NCBI GenBank assembly: GCA_963805085.1
Contig: CAWDTA010000002.1
Location: forward strand, 1,568,001-1,632,000
DNA: 64,000 nt
Origin: an uncultured Veillonellaceae bacterium
Lineage (GTDB): Bacteria; Bacillota; Negativicutes; JARBTT01
Reading direction: 5' to 3'
Both the position numbers and the translations under genes were made by a program. Shown here one piece after another: positions 38,431 through 49,927 of the stretch. The notes beneath the pieces are model-generated. The model was not told the DNA's origin. It saw only the letters and a program-made list of their open reading frames with translations, and made no database searches. How positions within the stretch are numbered: the first letter of the stretch is position 1; every line of letters begins with the position of its first letter.

Positions 38431-39352
38431 AGAATTTTATAAAAAAGAGATTATTGTTCGTCCTTGTGCTGCCATTTGTTCTCTTACTCATGATAACGTG
38501 AAAATTATTGTTAACTTGCAAAAAAAATCTAGTCTTTGGTCTAAACAATACCCATAAAAATGAGGTTGGGCGATGGCTAAAAAGCACATTAACTACCTAC
38601 AATGATTAGATACAACATGCACACTTGGTATCCCTGGGGCGAAGAAAGAGCTATTCTTGCCAATTCAGGCCGGCGTTCTTGTACTATCCGTGACTCTAAG
38701 GGACGGTTTGTTAAAGGTTCAATCGGAAGTTTTGCGCGGCAAAAAGTTCAACGTGCATATGAGTTACTGCAGGTTGAGCCTCTAATTTTTTACGCGCAAA
38801 ATTTTTGATTGCCTCAGAAGAAGGAAATCGCGGCTGGTTTGGCTATGGATTTTCAATCGTCTGCTATCCATTATTTTTATCTTTTCTAGGCGTAAAAAAC
38901 ATTTTTAGCTTAGCTTTTTAGCTGCCAATTGATTTAGCGATAGCTAGTTTTTCGCAATTTGAATATAACTTCCCCCCTCCCCGCTATTTGGTCTTGATAA
39001 AAAAATGTAATTTTAATCTATTTTATAGGGATGCCCCATAAAAAGCGAATAAGCCATTGTCAGTTTTTCCTTGTCGCATACAGGACACAGGGTTACATCT
39101 TTGCTAGTAAGAATTAATATACAAAGGGACGGTTGTAATTGTCTTTATTTTACTGATTTGGTATGGGAATCTGCGGCAAACTACTAAAGCATAGAGGGAC
39201 AGAAACGCTGTCCCTAATATCGATGTTTGCTGAGTTTTAACCCAATTCACAATGCAACCTCCAACCTCTCCCCATGCCCCGATAGTGCTTACTATTGACA
39301 TTATAAAAAGCAAGACGTATACTTTTAATTAGATTTTAATAAAGATATCTGA

Positions 39353-39582
39353 AAAGCGATGATTAGGAAGAGTATTCATGCTAGGTAGTGGACAGAGAGT
39401 GGGGATGGTTGAGAACCTGCGACGATTGGTATGAGGAAAATCACCTGAGAGCTGATGGCTGAAAGTGGAGTAAGTCAATTCGTATTCCTGCGTTAAAGGA
39501 TAAGGTATGTTAGTACCTGAATGCATGATTAGGTGGTATAACGAGGTAGAAGCTTCGTCCTGAAAAGGGCGAAGCTTTTTGT
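39353..39582 (+). promoter_or_regulatory. T-box riboswitch with Ile (AUC) specifier
   Basis: AGTA and AGAGAG...GGTTGAGA stem I, GAAA-ATC-ACC specifier loop, GGTGGTATAACG T-box, and AAGCTTCGTCC..GGGCGAAGCTTTTT terminator. Confidence 0.88.
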
Positions 39583-39624
39583 GTTTTATTGAGCATAATA
39601 AATAGAAGAAAAGGAGTTTTAAAC

Positions 39625-42600
39625 GTGTATAAAAAAGTGGATTCCAAAACCAATTTTGTGAATATGGAAAAATCTGTTCTTGCGTTATGGGAAGAAAAAG
39701 ACATTATAAACAAAAACTTTCAGATGAATGAGGAGGGTGAATATTTTACCTTCTACGATGGCCCGCCAACAGCGAATGGTGTACCGCATATTGGTCATGT
39801 CGTTACTCGGGTTATTAAGGATCTTATCCCGCGTTATAAAGTAATGAAGGGTTATAAGGTTTTACGTAAGGCAGGTTGGGACACGCATGGCCTCCCAGTT
39901 GAACTTGAGGTGGAGAAAAATCTTGGTATATCCGGCAAGCCGCAAATCGAAGAGTATGGTGTGGAAAAATTTATAAAGAAGTGTAAAGATAGCGTATTTA
40001 CCTATGCAACTCAGTGGAAAGATATGTCCGAACGAGTGGGTTACTGGATTGATATGGAGAAGCCTTATGTTACCTATGAAAATGAATATATTGAATCGGT
40101 ATGGTGGTCTTTGAAACAACTTTGGGATAAAGAATTGCTATACAAAGGACATAAAATTGTTCCGTATTGCCCACGATGTGGGACAGCGCTGTCTTCACAT
40201 GAAGTTGCCCAAGGCTATAAGGATGTTAAGGATAGCTCTGCTTATGTGAAATTTAAACTGAAGGGTAAAAATGTTTCTATTTTGGTTTGGACGACAACCC
40301 CTTGGACGTTGCCAAGTAATGTAGCGCTTGCTGTTAATCGCAAATATGATTATGTGGAAATCATCAATCAGGAAGAGCATTTAATCCTTGCCAAAGCATT
40401 ACTTAACCAAATTGAAGGTGAATATGAGGTAGTTCGAGAGTTTAAAGGAGAAGAGCTTCTTGATCATGAATATGAGCCTATATTCTCTTTTGTTACGCCT
40501 GAGAAAAAAGCTTACTACGTTGTGCATGGAGATTTCGTAACGCTCAGTGATGGTACGGGGATCGTTCATATTGCACCTGCTTACGGTGAAGATGATAATC
40601 GGCTTGGACAAAAATATGATCTGCCTTTGGTAAATCTAGTGGATGTTCAGGGAAACTTTGTAGAAGAAGTTACGCCTTGGCAGGGGATGTTTGTGAAAAA
40701 AGCAGATGAAAAAATCATTGTAACGATGAAGAACAATGGTGCTCTCTATAAAACAGAAAAGTATCTTCATTCCTATCCTTTCTGCTGGCGCTGTGATACA
40801 CCGCTTTTATATTATCCAAGAGATTCGTGGTTCGTAAAGATGTCCTCATTACGCGATAATCTCTTGAAAAATAATGATAAAATCAACTGGTATCCTGACA
40901 ATATCAAGAACGGACGTTTTGGTAATTTCTTAGAAAATGTGATTGATTGGGGACTAAGTCGGGAACGTTATTGGGGTACGCCTCTACCAATATGGGAATG
41001 CGAATGCGGGCATAGGGAGTGCATTGGCAGCATTGCAGAATTACGAGAAAAGGGAATCCAGGTGCCAGAGGGTCTCGAACTGCATAAACCTTATATTGAT
41101 GCTGTAGCATTGCAATGTCCTCATTGTGCAAAAGAAATGAAAAGAGTAAGTGAGGTTATTGATTGTTGGTACGATTCTGGTTCAATGCCGTTTGCTCAAT
41201 ACCATTTTCCTTTTGAGAATAAAGAATTGTTTGAACAAAATTTTCCTGCCCAATTTATATCGGAAGCAGTCGATCAGACGAGAGGTTGGTTTTACACACT
41301 TCTCGCTATATCTACGGCTATATTTGACAAGAGTTCTTTTGAAAACTGTATCGTTCTGGGACATGTGCTAGATAAAAACGGCATTAAAATGTCAAAACAT
41401 AAAGGAAACGTTTTAAGTCCATTTACAGTCTTGGAAAATGAAGGGGCCGATGCTTTGCGGTGGTATTTTTATACCGCCAGTGCGCCTTGGCTTCCATCAA
41501 GATTTTATGAAGATGCAGTAATTGACGTTCAACGTAAATTTTTGAATACCTTATGGAATGTATATTCTTTCTATGTCCTGTATGCTGAGATTGACCAGTT
41601 TGATCCGACGAAGTATCAAGAGAGAGAAAGCCAGCATGTCATGGATAAGTGGATTATATCTAAGCTTAATACGATGATCCATAAAGTCGATGAAAATTTG
41701 GATGCGTATAATATCACTGGAGCAGCAGAACTTATCCAAGAGTTTACTGAGGAATTGTCAAACTGGTATGTGCGGAGAAATAGAACTAGATATTGGGTTA
41801 TGGATATGACAGAGGATAAGATTGATGCTTATCTTACCTTGCATACTGTGTTAAAGAATCTAGTCATCGTGGCAGCGCCTTTTGTACCATTTATCACGGA
41901 AGAAATTTATCAAAATCTGGTCGTACGCCTAAATGCGGCGGAACCGGAGAGCGTTCATTTGTGCAGATGGCCTGTTTATGATGAAAAACTCGTTGATCGG
42001 CAGTTGGAAACTGAGATGGAGTTGACTTACCAAATCTGTGGTCTTGGCCGGAGTGCAAGAAATGTGGCCAATATTAAAAACAGACAACCTCTTTCGAAGA
42101 TGCTGCTCAGTACGAAGAACTTACCTGACTATTATATCGACATCATCAAAGAAGAATTGAATATAAAGAGCGTAGAAGTCAACGCCAACATGGCTGATTA
42201 TGTAAGTTATACCGTAAAACCAAATTCGCCAGTGTTAGGGAAAACCCATGGTAAGTTTATACCTAGCATTAGAAAAGCGATTGCAGAGATGGATCAAATG
42301 GCATTAGCGTTGAAAATTTTAAATGGTGAGACACTTACCGTAGAAATTGATGATACTGCCATCGAATTTAACGCTAAAAATTTGTTGATCTCAATGAATG
42401 GTCTAGAGGGCTTTGCTTTCGCTGGCGAAGGTGAAGTTGGCGTTGTGCTTGATACCCATATCTCTGAAAGCTTGAGAGTTGAAGGGTATGCGCGCGAAAT
42501 CATCAGCAAAATCCAAACGATGAGAAAAGATAGTTCTTTTGAGGTAATGGACAAGATTACAATCTATATGACAGGGAATAGCCTTCTTCAAGGCGTTGTC

Positions 42601-42726
42601 AATCAATATAAGGACTATATCATGAGCGAAACTTTAGCAGTGCAGATTATATTTGATGAAGCAAGAGAGTATACCGATGTAATAATTAACGGTGAACAAT
42701 TGAAGTTGGCTGTTGCAAGACAATAG
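39625..42726 (+). CDS. ileS: Isoleucine--tRNA ligase, type 2 (IleRS2)
   Basis: [37 protein letters not shown] and KMSKH motifs. Over 1030 aa with an IleRS2-type C-terminus and no terminal zinc finger. GTG start behind AAGGAG. Confidence 0.92.
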   Translation: MYKKVDSKTNFVNMEKSVLALWEEKDIINKNFQMNEEGEYFTFYDGPPTANGVPHIGHVVTRVIKDLIPRYKVMKGYKVLRKAGWDTHGLPVELEVEKNLGISGKPQIEEYGVEKFIKKCKDSVFTYATQWKDMSERVGYWIDMEKPYVTYENEYIESVWWSLKQLWDKELLYKGHKIVPYCPRCGTALSSHEVAQGYKDVKDSSAYVKFKLKGKNVSILVWTTTPWTLPSNVALAVNRKYDYVEIINQEEHLILAKALLNQIEGEYEVVREFKGEELLDHEYEPIFSFVTPEKKAYYVVHGDFVTLSDGTGIVHIAPAYGEDDNRLGQKYDLPLVNLVDVQGNFVEEVTPWQGMFVKKADEKIIVTMKNNGALYKTEKYLHSYPFCWRCDTPLLYYPRDSWFVKMSSLRDNLLKNNDKINWYPDNIKNGRFGNFLENVIDWGLSRERYWGTPLPIWECECGHRECIGSIAELREKGIQVPEGLELHKPYIDAVALQCPHCAKEMKRVSEVIDCWYDSGSMPFAQYHFPFENKELFEQNFPAQFISEAVDQTRGWFYTLLAISTAIFDKSSFENCIVLGHVLDKNGIKMSKHKGNVLSPFTVLENEGADALRWYFYTASAPWLPSRFYEDAVIDVQRKFLNTLWNVYSFYVLYAEIDQFDPTKYQERESQHVMDKWIISKLNTMIHKVDENLDAYNITGAAELIQEFTEELSNWYVRRNRTRYWVMDMTEDKIDAYLTLHTVLKNLVIVAAPFVPFITEEIYQNLVVRLNAAEPESVHLCRWPVYDEKLVDRQLETEMELTYQICGLGRSARNVANIKNRQPLSKMLLSTKNLPDYYIDIIKEELNIKSVEVNANMADYVSYTVKPNSPVLGKTHGKFIPSIRKAIAEMDQMALALKILNGETLTVEIDDTAIEFNAKNLLISMNGLEGFAFAGEGEVGVVLDTHISESLRVEGYAREIISKIQTMRKDSSFEVMDKITIYMTGNSLLQGVVNQYKDYIMSETLAVQIIFDEAREYTDVIINGEQLKLAVARQ

Positions 42727-42777
42727 CCCCATCCGAGTTTATCCGAGAATTTAATTCAATGAAAGTAGTAAAAATAG

Positions 42778-42814
42778 AACTCCTGCCAAATTTTTGTAGA
42801 AATTTGGCAGGAGT
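42778..42814. terminator. CTCCTGC-family hairpin (copy 3) after ileS
   Basis: ACTCCTGCCAAATTT...AAATTTGGCAGGAGT followed by CTTTT. Confidence 0.7.
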
Positions 42815-42829
42815 CTTTTGTATTTAGAG

Positions 42830-42892
42830 GAAATAATAGAACTTCTGATATCTTCGATTTCAGAGCATATTGAATTACCGATAACAATGTAA
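42830..42892 (+). pseudogene. Orphan copy of the last 21 codons of the LMW-PTP gene
   Basis: EIIELLISSISEHIELPITM* versus ELIEILISTVSEYIELPITI* at 28254-28316; 52/63 nt identical by manual alignment. Confidence 0.8.
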
Positions 42893-42960
42893 CTGTTTGA
42901 ATATTTCGTTCAACGCAGATATCGACTCCGCGGTACTTAATAAAATATAACTACTTATAC

Positions 42961-42991
42961 TTGACTTACAGTTAACTATAAGTGCTATGCT
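42961..42991 (+). promoter_or_regulatory. MerR-type promoter/operator
   Basis: TTGACT-N19-TATGCT with the dyad ACTTAcAGTT/AACTaTAAGT in the long spacer. Confidence 0.78.
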
Positions 42992-43032
42992 AAAATCAAT
43001 TAAGCAGTGAGACTATATTGGGGGGCAGAAAA

Positions 43033-43395
43033 ATGAATATTACTGAGGTTAGCAAAAAATTTAATCTTTCACCATATACTCTGCGTTATTATGAACGAAT
43101 TGGGGTATTGCCTAATGTTACACGGAACAAGAGCGGTATTCGTGATTATTCGGAAGCAGATTGTCGTTGGGTTGAATTTGTAAAATGTATGAAAGGAGCA
43201 GGATTACCAATTGAAGTACTAATTGCATATGTCCCTTTATTCCAACAAGGTGATGCAACAAAAGAAGCAAGAAAAATATTACTGATTGAGCAGCGAGATC
43301 ACTTGGTAGAGCGTATCATGGGAATGCAAAAAGCAGTAGATCGTTTAAATGTAAAAATCGAACGTTTGAACGAATCTACTGCGACCAAAGCATAG
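43033..43395 (+). CDS. MerR family regulator (AdhR-like)
   Basis: TLRYYERIG, RNKSGIRDY and FVKCMKGAG motifs. Confidence 0.9.
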   Translation: MNITEVSKKFNLSPYTLRYYERIGVLPNVTRNKSGIRDYSEADCRWVEFVKCMKGAGLPIEVLIAYVPLFQQGDATKEARKILLIEQRDHLVERIMGMQKAVDRLNVKIERLNESTATKA

Positions 43396-43574
43396 AAAGT
43401 ACATGATCGTCTTATTCGCAGGTGCTGACAAGTAGAGGTATTTAAGCGGGATAGTAATAGTTTTTAGTGCAACAGTAGGAGTTATTTTAACAATTTAAAA
43501 TGAAAGTCCTTCATATTAGTTAAGCTTAAGATTTTTTTTTCATCTATATTTTAAAATAATTAGGAGGTCAATAC

Positions 43575-44276
43575 ATGTTCATGAAAAATTTGTTAGTAAT
43601 GTCTTTTACTCTGATTTTTTGTACAGTATGGAGTGGATTTGTTGAAGCAGCTGCTCCGGAGAATATCACAAAAGTACCTAAAGATAAAATAGCGATTGTT
43701 ATGGTCGAATTCCAAAATATCTGGTTAGACCCTAAAGGCGATTTGAATCCGTTGATTAAGAATCAGTTAGAAAAGAAAAAAGCGGTGGAAAAGTCTATTG
43801 AATTAGTCGATAAGGCTCGAGATGGCGGAATAAAGCTTATTTATGCTCCGCTTAGCTATTCTGCTGGATATCCAGAAATCGCTCCCGATCAAATTGGTAT
43901 AAGTTATCATCTCAGAAGTAAAAAACGGTTAGAGGAAGGCAGTTTTGGGGCAGAATTTTATCCAGCAACAGCGCCAAAAGAAGGCGACTATATTGCACGG
44001 GGGCGAGTGGGCGTAAGCTCTTTTGTTGGGAGTAACCTAGAGCAAATATTGAGGGCAGGGGGATACACTACGATTGCGGTGGCTGGTTTTGCAACTCATG
44101 TGTGCGTTGAATCGTTAATTCGTGACGCTTATGATCGAGGATACAAGGTGATCTTGCTTGACGATGATGTTGCAGCGTTCGAAGATGGCCAGGATAGCTA
44201 TATTAAAAAATACATCATGCCTCATTTTGGAGTAACAATGTCAAATGATGAGTTTTTTAACAACTATATAAAATAG
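43575..44276 (+). CDS. Exported isochorismatase-family cysteine hydrolase
   Basis: Signal peptide ending VEA, VEFQN, SSFVGSNLE and GFATHVCVESLIRDAYDRGY motifs. Confidence 0.85.
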   Translation: MFMKNLLVMSFTLIFCTVWSGFVEAAAPENITKVPKDKIAIVMVEFQNIWLDPKGDLNPLIKNQLEKKKAVEKSIELVDKARDGGIKLIYAPLSYSAGYPEIAPDQIGISYHLRSKKRLEEGSFGAEFYPATAPKEGDYIARGRVGVSSFVGSNLEQILRAGGYTTIAVAGFATHVCVESLIRDAYDRGYKVILLDDDVAAFEDGQDSYIKKYIMPHFGVTMSNDEFFNNYIK

Positions 44277-44322
44277 TCATTCTAAAATTAGAATATTGCT
44301 AACTTTGTCATAAACTTTGATA

Positions 44323-44357
44323 AAAATTGCCTTCTATGGATCATAGAAGGCAATTTT
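44323..44357 (+). terminator. Intrinsic terminator
   Basis: AAAATTGCCTTCTATG-gat-CATAGAAGGCAATTTT. Confidence 0.75.
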
Positions 44358-44478
44358 GTGTTTGTTTTTCACAAGATAGCTCCTTAACACTGTAACTTAT
44401 CTTCCTAAAACTACAGCCTACGTTTGGTGTATTGAATTAAGAAAATTACTAACATATACTAGAAATGTAGAGAAGGGG

Positions 44479-44925
44479 GTGGTCAAGATGAAAATTACCA
44501 TCGAAAATATACCTGACGGAATTGAACCAGAAATAATCATAAGATGCAATGAGGTTGATGATGCACTACTGCATCTTATCTACTCCATTAATTCAGCTTC
44601 AAAAAAGCTAGTAGGGATTTCAGATTTGCAAATGCATATGATCAATCCTAAAGATGTATTTTATTTCGAATCAGTTGATAGTAAAGTATTTATTTATTGT
44701 CAAGAAAAGGTTTTTGAATCAAGACTAAAGCTTTATGAGATTGAAAAGACATATGAGAATTTGGATTTTTTCAGAGCCTCAAAATCAACGATTCTTAATA
44801 TTACGAAAATAGATTCTGTAAGGCCAGTTTTCTACGGAAGATTTGAAGCGTTACTGCAAAATGGCGAAAAAGTAGTTATTTCTAGGCAATATGTGCCTGT
44901 ACTCAGAAAGAAATTAGGATTATAA
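44479..44925 (+). CDS. Stand-alone LytTR regulator
   Basis: YFESVD, KLYEIE, FFRASKSTILN and LQNGEKVVISRQY motifs; no receiver domain. Confidence 0.88.
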   Translation: MVKMKITIENIPDGIEPEIIIRCNEVDDALLHLIYSINSASKKLVGISDLQMHMINPKDVFYFESVDSKVFIYCQEKVFESRLKLYEIEKTYENLDFFRASKSTILNITKIDSVRPVFYGRFEALLQNGEKVVISRQYVPVLRKKLGL

Positions 44926-44938
44926 GGAGGTTTTATTC

Positions 44939-45370
44939 ATGAGATTGAGTCAATATTTAAAACAATTCTTAAAGGAATTTTTTACAGCTTGTGGGTGTTT
45001 GATGATAGTTGCTTCAATATTTTTGGGGATTAATTTTATAGATACAATTAAAACATCACTGCTATGGCAATTTATCATAATAGCAGCAGCATTTACACTT
45101 TTCAAATTTTCGTTTGCAAATAATCTTGATTTAGGGAAAAAAAATCAATTAATTTTATTTACGATTTTTACTACACTAGCAGATATAATGGTTGTACTAT
45201 GGCTGTGTTTATTTAGTCCCAATATAGATAGTAATATTGTAATACTTTATATCATTGTGATTTTAATTGTGAAGGGAGCAGTTTTTGCAATGATGTATAT
45301 TGATGGCCAAAGACAAGCCAAACAGCTCAATGAAAAACTGAGCGAGTATAAGAACGGTACTAGTGAATAA
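44939..45370 (+). CDS. Four-TM membrane protein (DUF3021-like partner of LytTR)
   Basis: Four hydrophobic segments and an AKQLNEKL tail; immediately follows the LytTR gene. Confidence 0.65.
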   Translation: MRLSQYLKQFLKEFFTACGCLMIVASIFLGINFIDTIKTSLLWQFIIIAAAFTLFKFSFANNLDLGKKNQLILFTIFTTLADIMVVLWLCLFSPNIDSNIVILYIIVILIVKGAVFAMMYIDGQRQAKQLNEKLSEYKNGTSE

Positions 45371-45721
45371 AAATAATTACATTATCAAGGCAAAAGGGCA
45401 GGTTTCTTGCCCCATCTATAGTTAGTAATGATACGAATTTGATTTAGAAGTGAGAGGGATTGGTGTAATGCTAATGCCTTTATACTAAATACAAGTTTTC
45501 AGGTCGTAGAACTAAGTTTCAAGAAGTGTTATTATGGAAAAAGAATCAAATAAATTAATAAAGGAGGAAAGTCCATATTTTACAGCATGCTCATAAACCA
45601 GCTGATTGGGGAAATAAACCTATAGTTGTTAAGCAAATTTATTGCAAATCACAAACATACTAGAAGTTTTTGTAATTGCTTGCTTCGATAAGAATAATGT
45701 GACATTTTCATTTTAAATGTA

Positions 45722-45758
45722 AAAGAACCAGCTACTGTGATTAAGTAACTGGTTCTTT
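45722..45758. terminator. Bidirectional terminator between convergent genes
   Basis: AAAGAACCAG...CTGGTTCTTT. Confidence 0.6.
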
Positions 45759-45812
45759 GTCTATGGTCTCAAGTTTGACAGCTTTGTTTGTAAAATAATA
45801 AAAGTTTAACCC

Positions 45813-47513
45813 TTAAATTTTAAATTTAGCTGTAATTACGTTAAGTTGAGTGGCGATTTTTGCCAGTGATTCAGAGCTGGAGCTTACCTCATGGAGGCTG
45901 GCGCTTTGTTCTTCTGCCGCTGCGGCTACTGTCTGTGTACTTGCACCTGTTTGCTCTGCGACTACACCGATGTTTTGTACGTTGTTTACAACAGATTGCA
46001 TACCATGTGCAGTTTCTTCTACGGCTGTGCTGATTTGCTCAATGCCTGAGCGTACTTCGGATAATTTACCAATGATTGCTTGAAATCCTTGTTGTGTTTC
46101 GTCTGTGGCTGTTTTGCCAGTGACTACTTCTGCGTTGGCTTTTGTTACTACATTGACAGCAAACTGGATATCCGTTGTCATTTTACCAATGATTTCTTCA
46201 ATCGTGTTGGTAGCATCTGCACTTTGTTCAGCTAATTTGCGGACTTCTTCAGCTACTACGGCAAAGCCACGCCCTACTTCACCAGCTCTAGCTGCCTCAA
46301 TTGCAGCATTCAAAGCTAAAAGATTGGTTTGACCAGCAATGGTGCGAATGGTTGTAACAATTTGCTGAATATCATCAGAGCCTTTTACCAGAGATGATGA
46401 AACATTGGTGATGTCTGACATCGATTGTTTGATGGTGTCATTTTGTTTTACTAATTTATGAATGAGTTGCATTCCTTGTTCCGCTTCGCCAACGGTGTCT
46501 TGTGTGACACTGTTTACGTGTGCAGCACTAGCGCTAATTTCTTCCGCGCTGGCACCAACTTCTTCAATAACGGCAGAGATTTCAGTGATGTTTTTGGTGT
46601 TTTGGTCAGAGCCAGAAGCAACCTCTGTAATGTTTTTAGCAACACTTTCTGCCACATGGAGTTGTTCTTCAACGGATGAAGAGAGTTCTTGACTAGAAGC
46701 AGCTAATGTATCGGCATCGTTTCTCAGTTGGCTAACAATATTTCTCAGTGCTTTCTTTGTTATAATGAGTGCTTCGCCCATATCGCCAATTTCATCGTTG
46801 TGTCTGGCATGTATATCTTGGCGCGATAAATCCAATCCGCTTAGTGATAAAATTTCATTTTGTAGACTTTTAATTCTGCGGGATAGATAGCGACTGTACC
46901 AGATTAAAAGAACAATAATCGCAATAATCCCTACGCTACTAGAAATTAACACCATTTTAAAAATGGTGGTTTCGTGTTCATTGAGGGTGCTAATTCTTTT
47001 GCTCATTGCAGCATCTTGGGCCTGCATCGTTTTTTCGAATAATGCATTTATGGACGTAGTCTTTTGGCGAAGTTCTGTTAATTTATCGGTATATATAGGG
47101 GTATTCGATTTTTTTAGTTCTAGAACTTGTTTCATATCTTCACCATAAGACTGCATGGCACTTTGTAGATTTTCAGCGGCTTGTTTATTGCCAGATCCTG
47201 TTTTGTCTTCTATTTTCATCGCGATATCGGCTACATTTTTATGACTGGTATTAAACAATGTTAAGGTATCGGAGGCATATTTTTCATCATTATAAGCAAG
47301 AAAGCCGCGTAATTCACTCAAACTTTCATGAAAATTATCCTGTGCTGCTTGCAAAGCAAGTGTTCTTTGTATTGCACCAGATAGAATAGATTGATAATCA
47401 GCGCTGACTATTCGCAGTTGATATAATAATGTTCCTACTGTAATGGTCATTAGCGTGATGGCAATCCCCATGAGAAACCCTAACTGGAGACCAATTGGTA
47501 TACGTTTGTTCAT
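45813..47513 (-). CDS. Methyl-accepting chemotaxis protein
   Basis: Two TM helices, HAMP (DEIG) and [37 protein letters not shown] signature. Confidence 0.95.
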   Translation of the reverse strand: MNKRIPIGLQLGFLMGIAITLMTITVGTLLYQLRIVSADYQSILSGAIQRTLALQAAQDNFHESLSELRGFLAYNDEKYASDTLTLFNTSHKNVADIAMKIEDKTGSGNKQAAENLQSAMQSYGEDMKQVLELKKSNTPIYTDKLTELRQKTTSINALFEKTMQAQDAAMSKRISTLNEHETTIFKMVLISSSVGIIAIIVLLIWYSRYLSRRIKSLQNEILSLSGLDLSRQDIHARHNDEIGDMGEALIITKKALRNIVSQLRNDADTLAASSQELSSSVEEQLHVAESVAKNITEVASGSDQNTKNITEISAVIEEVGASAEEISASAAHVNSVTQDTVGEAEQGMQLIHKLVKQNDTIKQSMSDITNVSSSLVKGSDDIQQIVTTIRTIAGQTNLLALNAAIEAARAGEVGRGFAVVAEEVRKLAEQSADATNTIEEIIGKMTTDIQFAVNVVTKANAEVVTGKTATDETQQGFQAIIGKLSEVRSGIEQISTAVEETAHGMQSVVNNVQNIGVVAEQTGASTQTVAAAAEEQSASLHEVSSSSESLAKIATQLNVITAKFKI

Positions 47514-47856
47514 TGATTTGCCCCTTTTCAATCATAAATTTTGTTGTTCTATTAAAATAGTTGCTTTATTTAAAAAAAATTTTTATTTACGGCGATAGTT
47601 ATGAAAAGAGCAAGAGTGCTTGTATCGTTTAATAAAAAACAAATTTTCACAATAATATTTTATCATAGTTAATAGATGTTTAATATTATACAAATGGTAC
47701 AAGAAAAGGATGGTTAGATCATACTGAATGACAGTATGTCAGAGTTGTATTTACATATATAATGGCAATTAAGAAACGAGGTTGCAAAAACAGTCCAAAT
47801 TTATAAAAAATAAAATAAACAAGTGTTTGCGTTAAGACCAAAACAGGGGTGTTATT

Positions 47857-49905
47857 ATGGACAGAAAACAATATGACGTATCTAAAATAGTAAAAGATAG
47901 TGAGCAAGCATTGACTAAAAAGAAATATCTAGAAAAACTGTTCCAACACTTGGCAGGAAATGAACAGTTTTTTAAAGAAATTTTAGATGCTGCACCTTGT
48001 CTTTTATGTTGTTTAGACTGTAATGGAAATTTTTTATATATGAACCAACGGTATGCTGAATTTCGGGGAATTCATCATGAAAAAATGATCGGTCATCATT
48101 TTAGTGAGGTCATTTTGCCAAAATTCCACAAAAAACGAGCTGAGGTTTTTGCTAAATGTCTACAGGGGGAAACTGTAAAAATTCAAAATCAAGACCGCCT
48201 CAAAAAGGCTAAGAAAGATAGTTGGCTTCATGGAATATACATGCCGATACTTTTAAAAAATCAGAAAGTAGAGAAAATACTGGTTGCGATGATGGACGTC
48301 ACGGAGCAAGAAGAGATGCAGCGGCAGTTAAATGAAGCTGAGAAATTTGGGCGTACGGGCAGTTGGAAAATCAATTTGGCGACAAAACAATTTACCTGTT
48401 CCGATGGTGTACTAGATTTGTATGAGATGAGCCGTGAAGAGGTAGACAAGTACTCTTATGAAGCTTTATTTTTGCGATTATCAGACATAGATATTGCAAA
48501 AATTACAGCAAAGTTTAGACTGATTTTCAAGAAGCGGCATTCAGTGTCAGAAGAATTGTGGATTCATCTGCCTCAAGGGACAAGACGATTAGTTAAAGTC
48601 ACTGGTTACATGTTGAAAAATGCTGAAGGTCGTTCTATGGAAATATTCGGAAAAATTGACGATATCACGCAGCAAAAAACGCTAGAAAAAGCTGAACAAG
48701 ATGTGACGCTTCGCTTAAGAGAATTTTCACGAGCGATGCCGGGCGTAGGAATGATTGTAGATGCAATGGGAAAAATTGTGGAGATTTTCGATGACAGTCA
48801 GCTATTGACTGATGCGGATTCTGTGTCATGGGAAAAACAAAAGATTACTACGCTGTTGCCAAGCAAAGTAGCTGAAAAACTTAGTCGGGAGATTAGCATT
48901 GCAATTGCAAAAAACATGGTTAGATTTGGTGAATATACACTACCTTTATTGCGTGGAGAGCGTATTTTTGATGTACGCATTGCGCCACTTAGTTACCGTT
49001 TGGAAGAACATTCGACGGTAGCTTGTTATTGGGCAGATGTTACAGAAAAAAACCATACAAAAAAATTATTGAAGTCAAATTATGAAAAACGTCGACAACG
49101 AGATTTGCTAAATGACCTAGCAACGGGTAAAATTGAGCCATCACAGGAAATTTTAGATCAGGCTTGGCAAGTTAAACTTAATTTGACGTTTGATTTTTCC
49201 TGTTATTTGATTGGTTTTCAAAAGAATTTAAAATATAATAAAAGAGATATATTGAATGAAAAGCAAGATACCTTACAGGTGATGATAGACTTGCTTATTG
49301 AGAAACTGTCTGGAGACACAGGTACAATTGTCTGGGAAAGTAAGGAGGGTATTGTGATGCTCGTTCCTGTTGATGAGAATAAATTGATGAAGAGGGAGCA
49401 AGAATTAATCCAGGCTGAAAAGTGGGGGATGTTGATTGGTCAATATGTCCCAGAGTTAGAATATTGTATAGGAATTGCTGAATTCTGTCCTGAAACATTC
49501 TGGAAGTTTGCTGAAGTATATGCTGAGGCATGTGCAGCGGTTGAGTTCGGTGAAAAAATGGCAGACAAACAGCGGGTGCATCATTATTTGGATATTGGAG
49601 TTTTTCAGTTTTTTCCTGCAGTAATAAATCAAGAGTATGTTAATAGTTTTGTAAATCGAATGTTGGGGAAATTAGAGGAATATGATCGGATAAATGGTAC
49701 AGATTTGGTATACACATTAGAAAGAATTTTACAGATCGATAATTTGAATATGGTTGCCAAGGAACTTTATGTACACCGGCAGACAATTCTTTTTCGTAAG
49801 AGAAGAATTGAAACAATTTTAAATGTTTCCCTGAACGATTTTGAAGCTAGATTAGCGCTAGGAATGGCGTTCAAGTTTAAGCAGGCATATGGCAAAGATA
49901 CGTAA
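47857..49905 (+). CDS. Multi-PAS PucR/CdaR family transcriptional regulator
   Basis: N-terminal PAS repeats (GSWKINL, DVTE, DIT) and a C-terminal L.EYD...TL...AKELYVHRQT..FR HTH. Confidence 0.8.
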   Translation: MDRKQYDVSKIVKDSEQALTKKKYLEKLFQHLAGNEQFFKEILDAAPCLLCCLDCNGNFLYMNQRYAEFRGIHHEKMIGHHFSEVILPKFHKKRAEVFAKCLQGETVKIQNQDRLKKAKKDSWLHGIYMPILLKNQKVEKILVAMMDVTEQEEMQRQLNEAEKFGRTGSWKINLATKQFTCSDGVLDLYEMSREEVDKYSYEALFLRLSDIDIAKITAKFRLIFKKRHSVSEELWIHLPQGTRRLVKVTGYMLKNAEGRSMEIFGKIDDITQQKTLEKAEQDVTLRLREFSRAMPGVGMIVDAMGKIVEIFDDSQLLTDADSVSWEKQKITTLLPSKVAEKLSREISIAIAKNMVRFGEYTLPLLRGERIFDVRIAPLSYRLEEHSTVACYWADVTEKNHTKKLLKSNYEKRRQRDLLNDLATGKIEPSQEILDQAWQVKLNLTFDFSCYLIGFQKNLKYNKRDILNEKQDTLQVMIDLLIEKLSGDTGTIVWESKEGIVMLVPVDENKLMKREQELIQAEKWGMLIGQYVPELEYCIGIAEFCPETFWKFAEVYAEACAAVEFGEKMADKQRVHHYLDIGVFQFFPAVINQEYVNSFVNRMLGKLEEYDRINGTDLVYTLERILQIDNLNMVAKELYVHRQTILFRKRRIETILNVSLNDFEARLALGMAFKFKQAYGKDT

Positions 49906-49927
49906 GATATCTTAAGGAGGTTACAAG

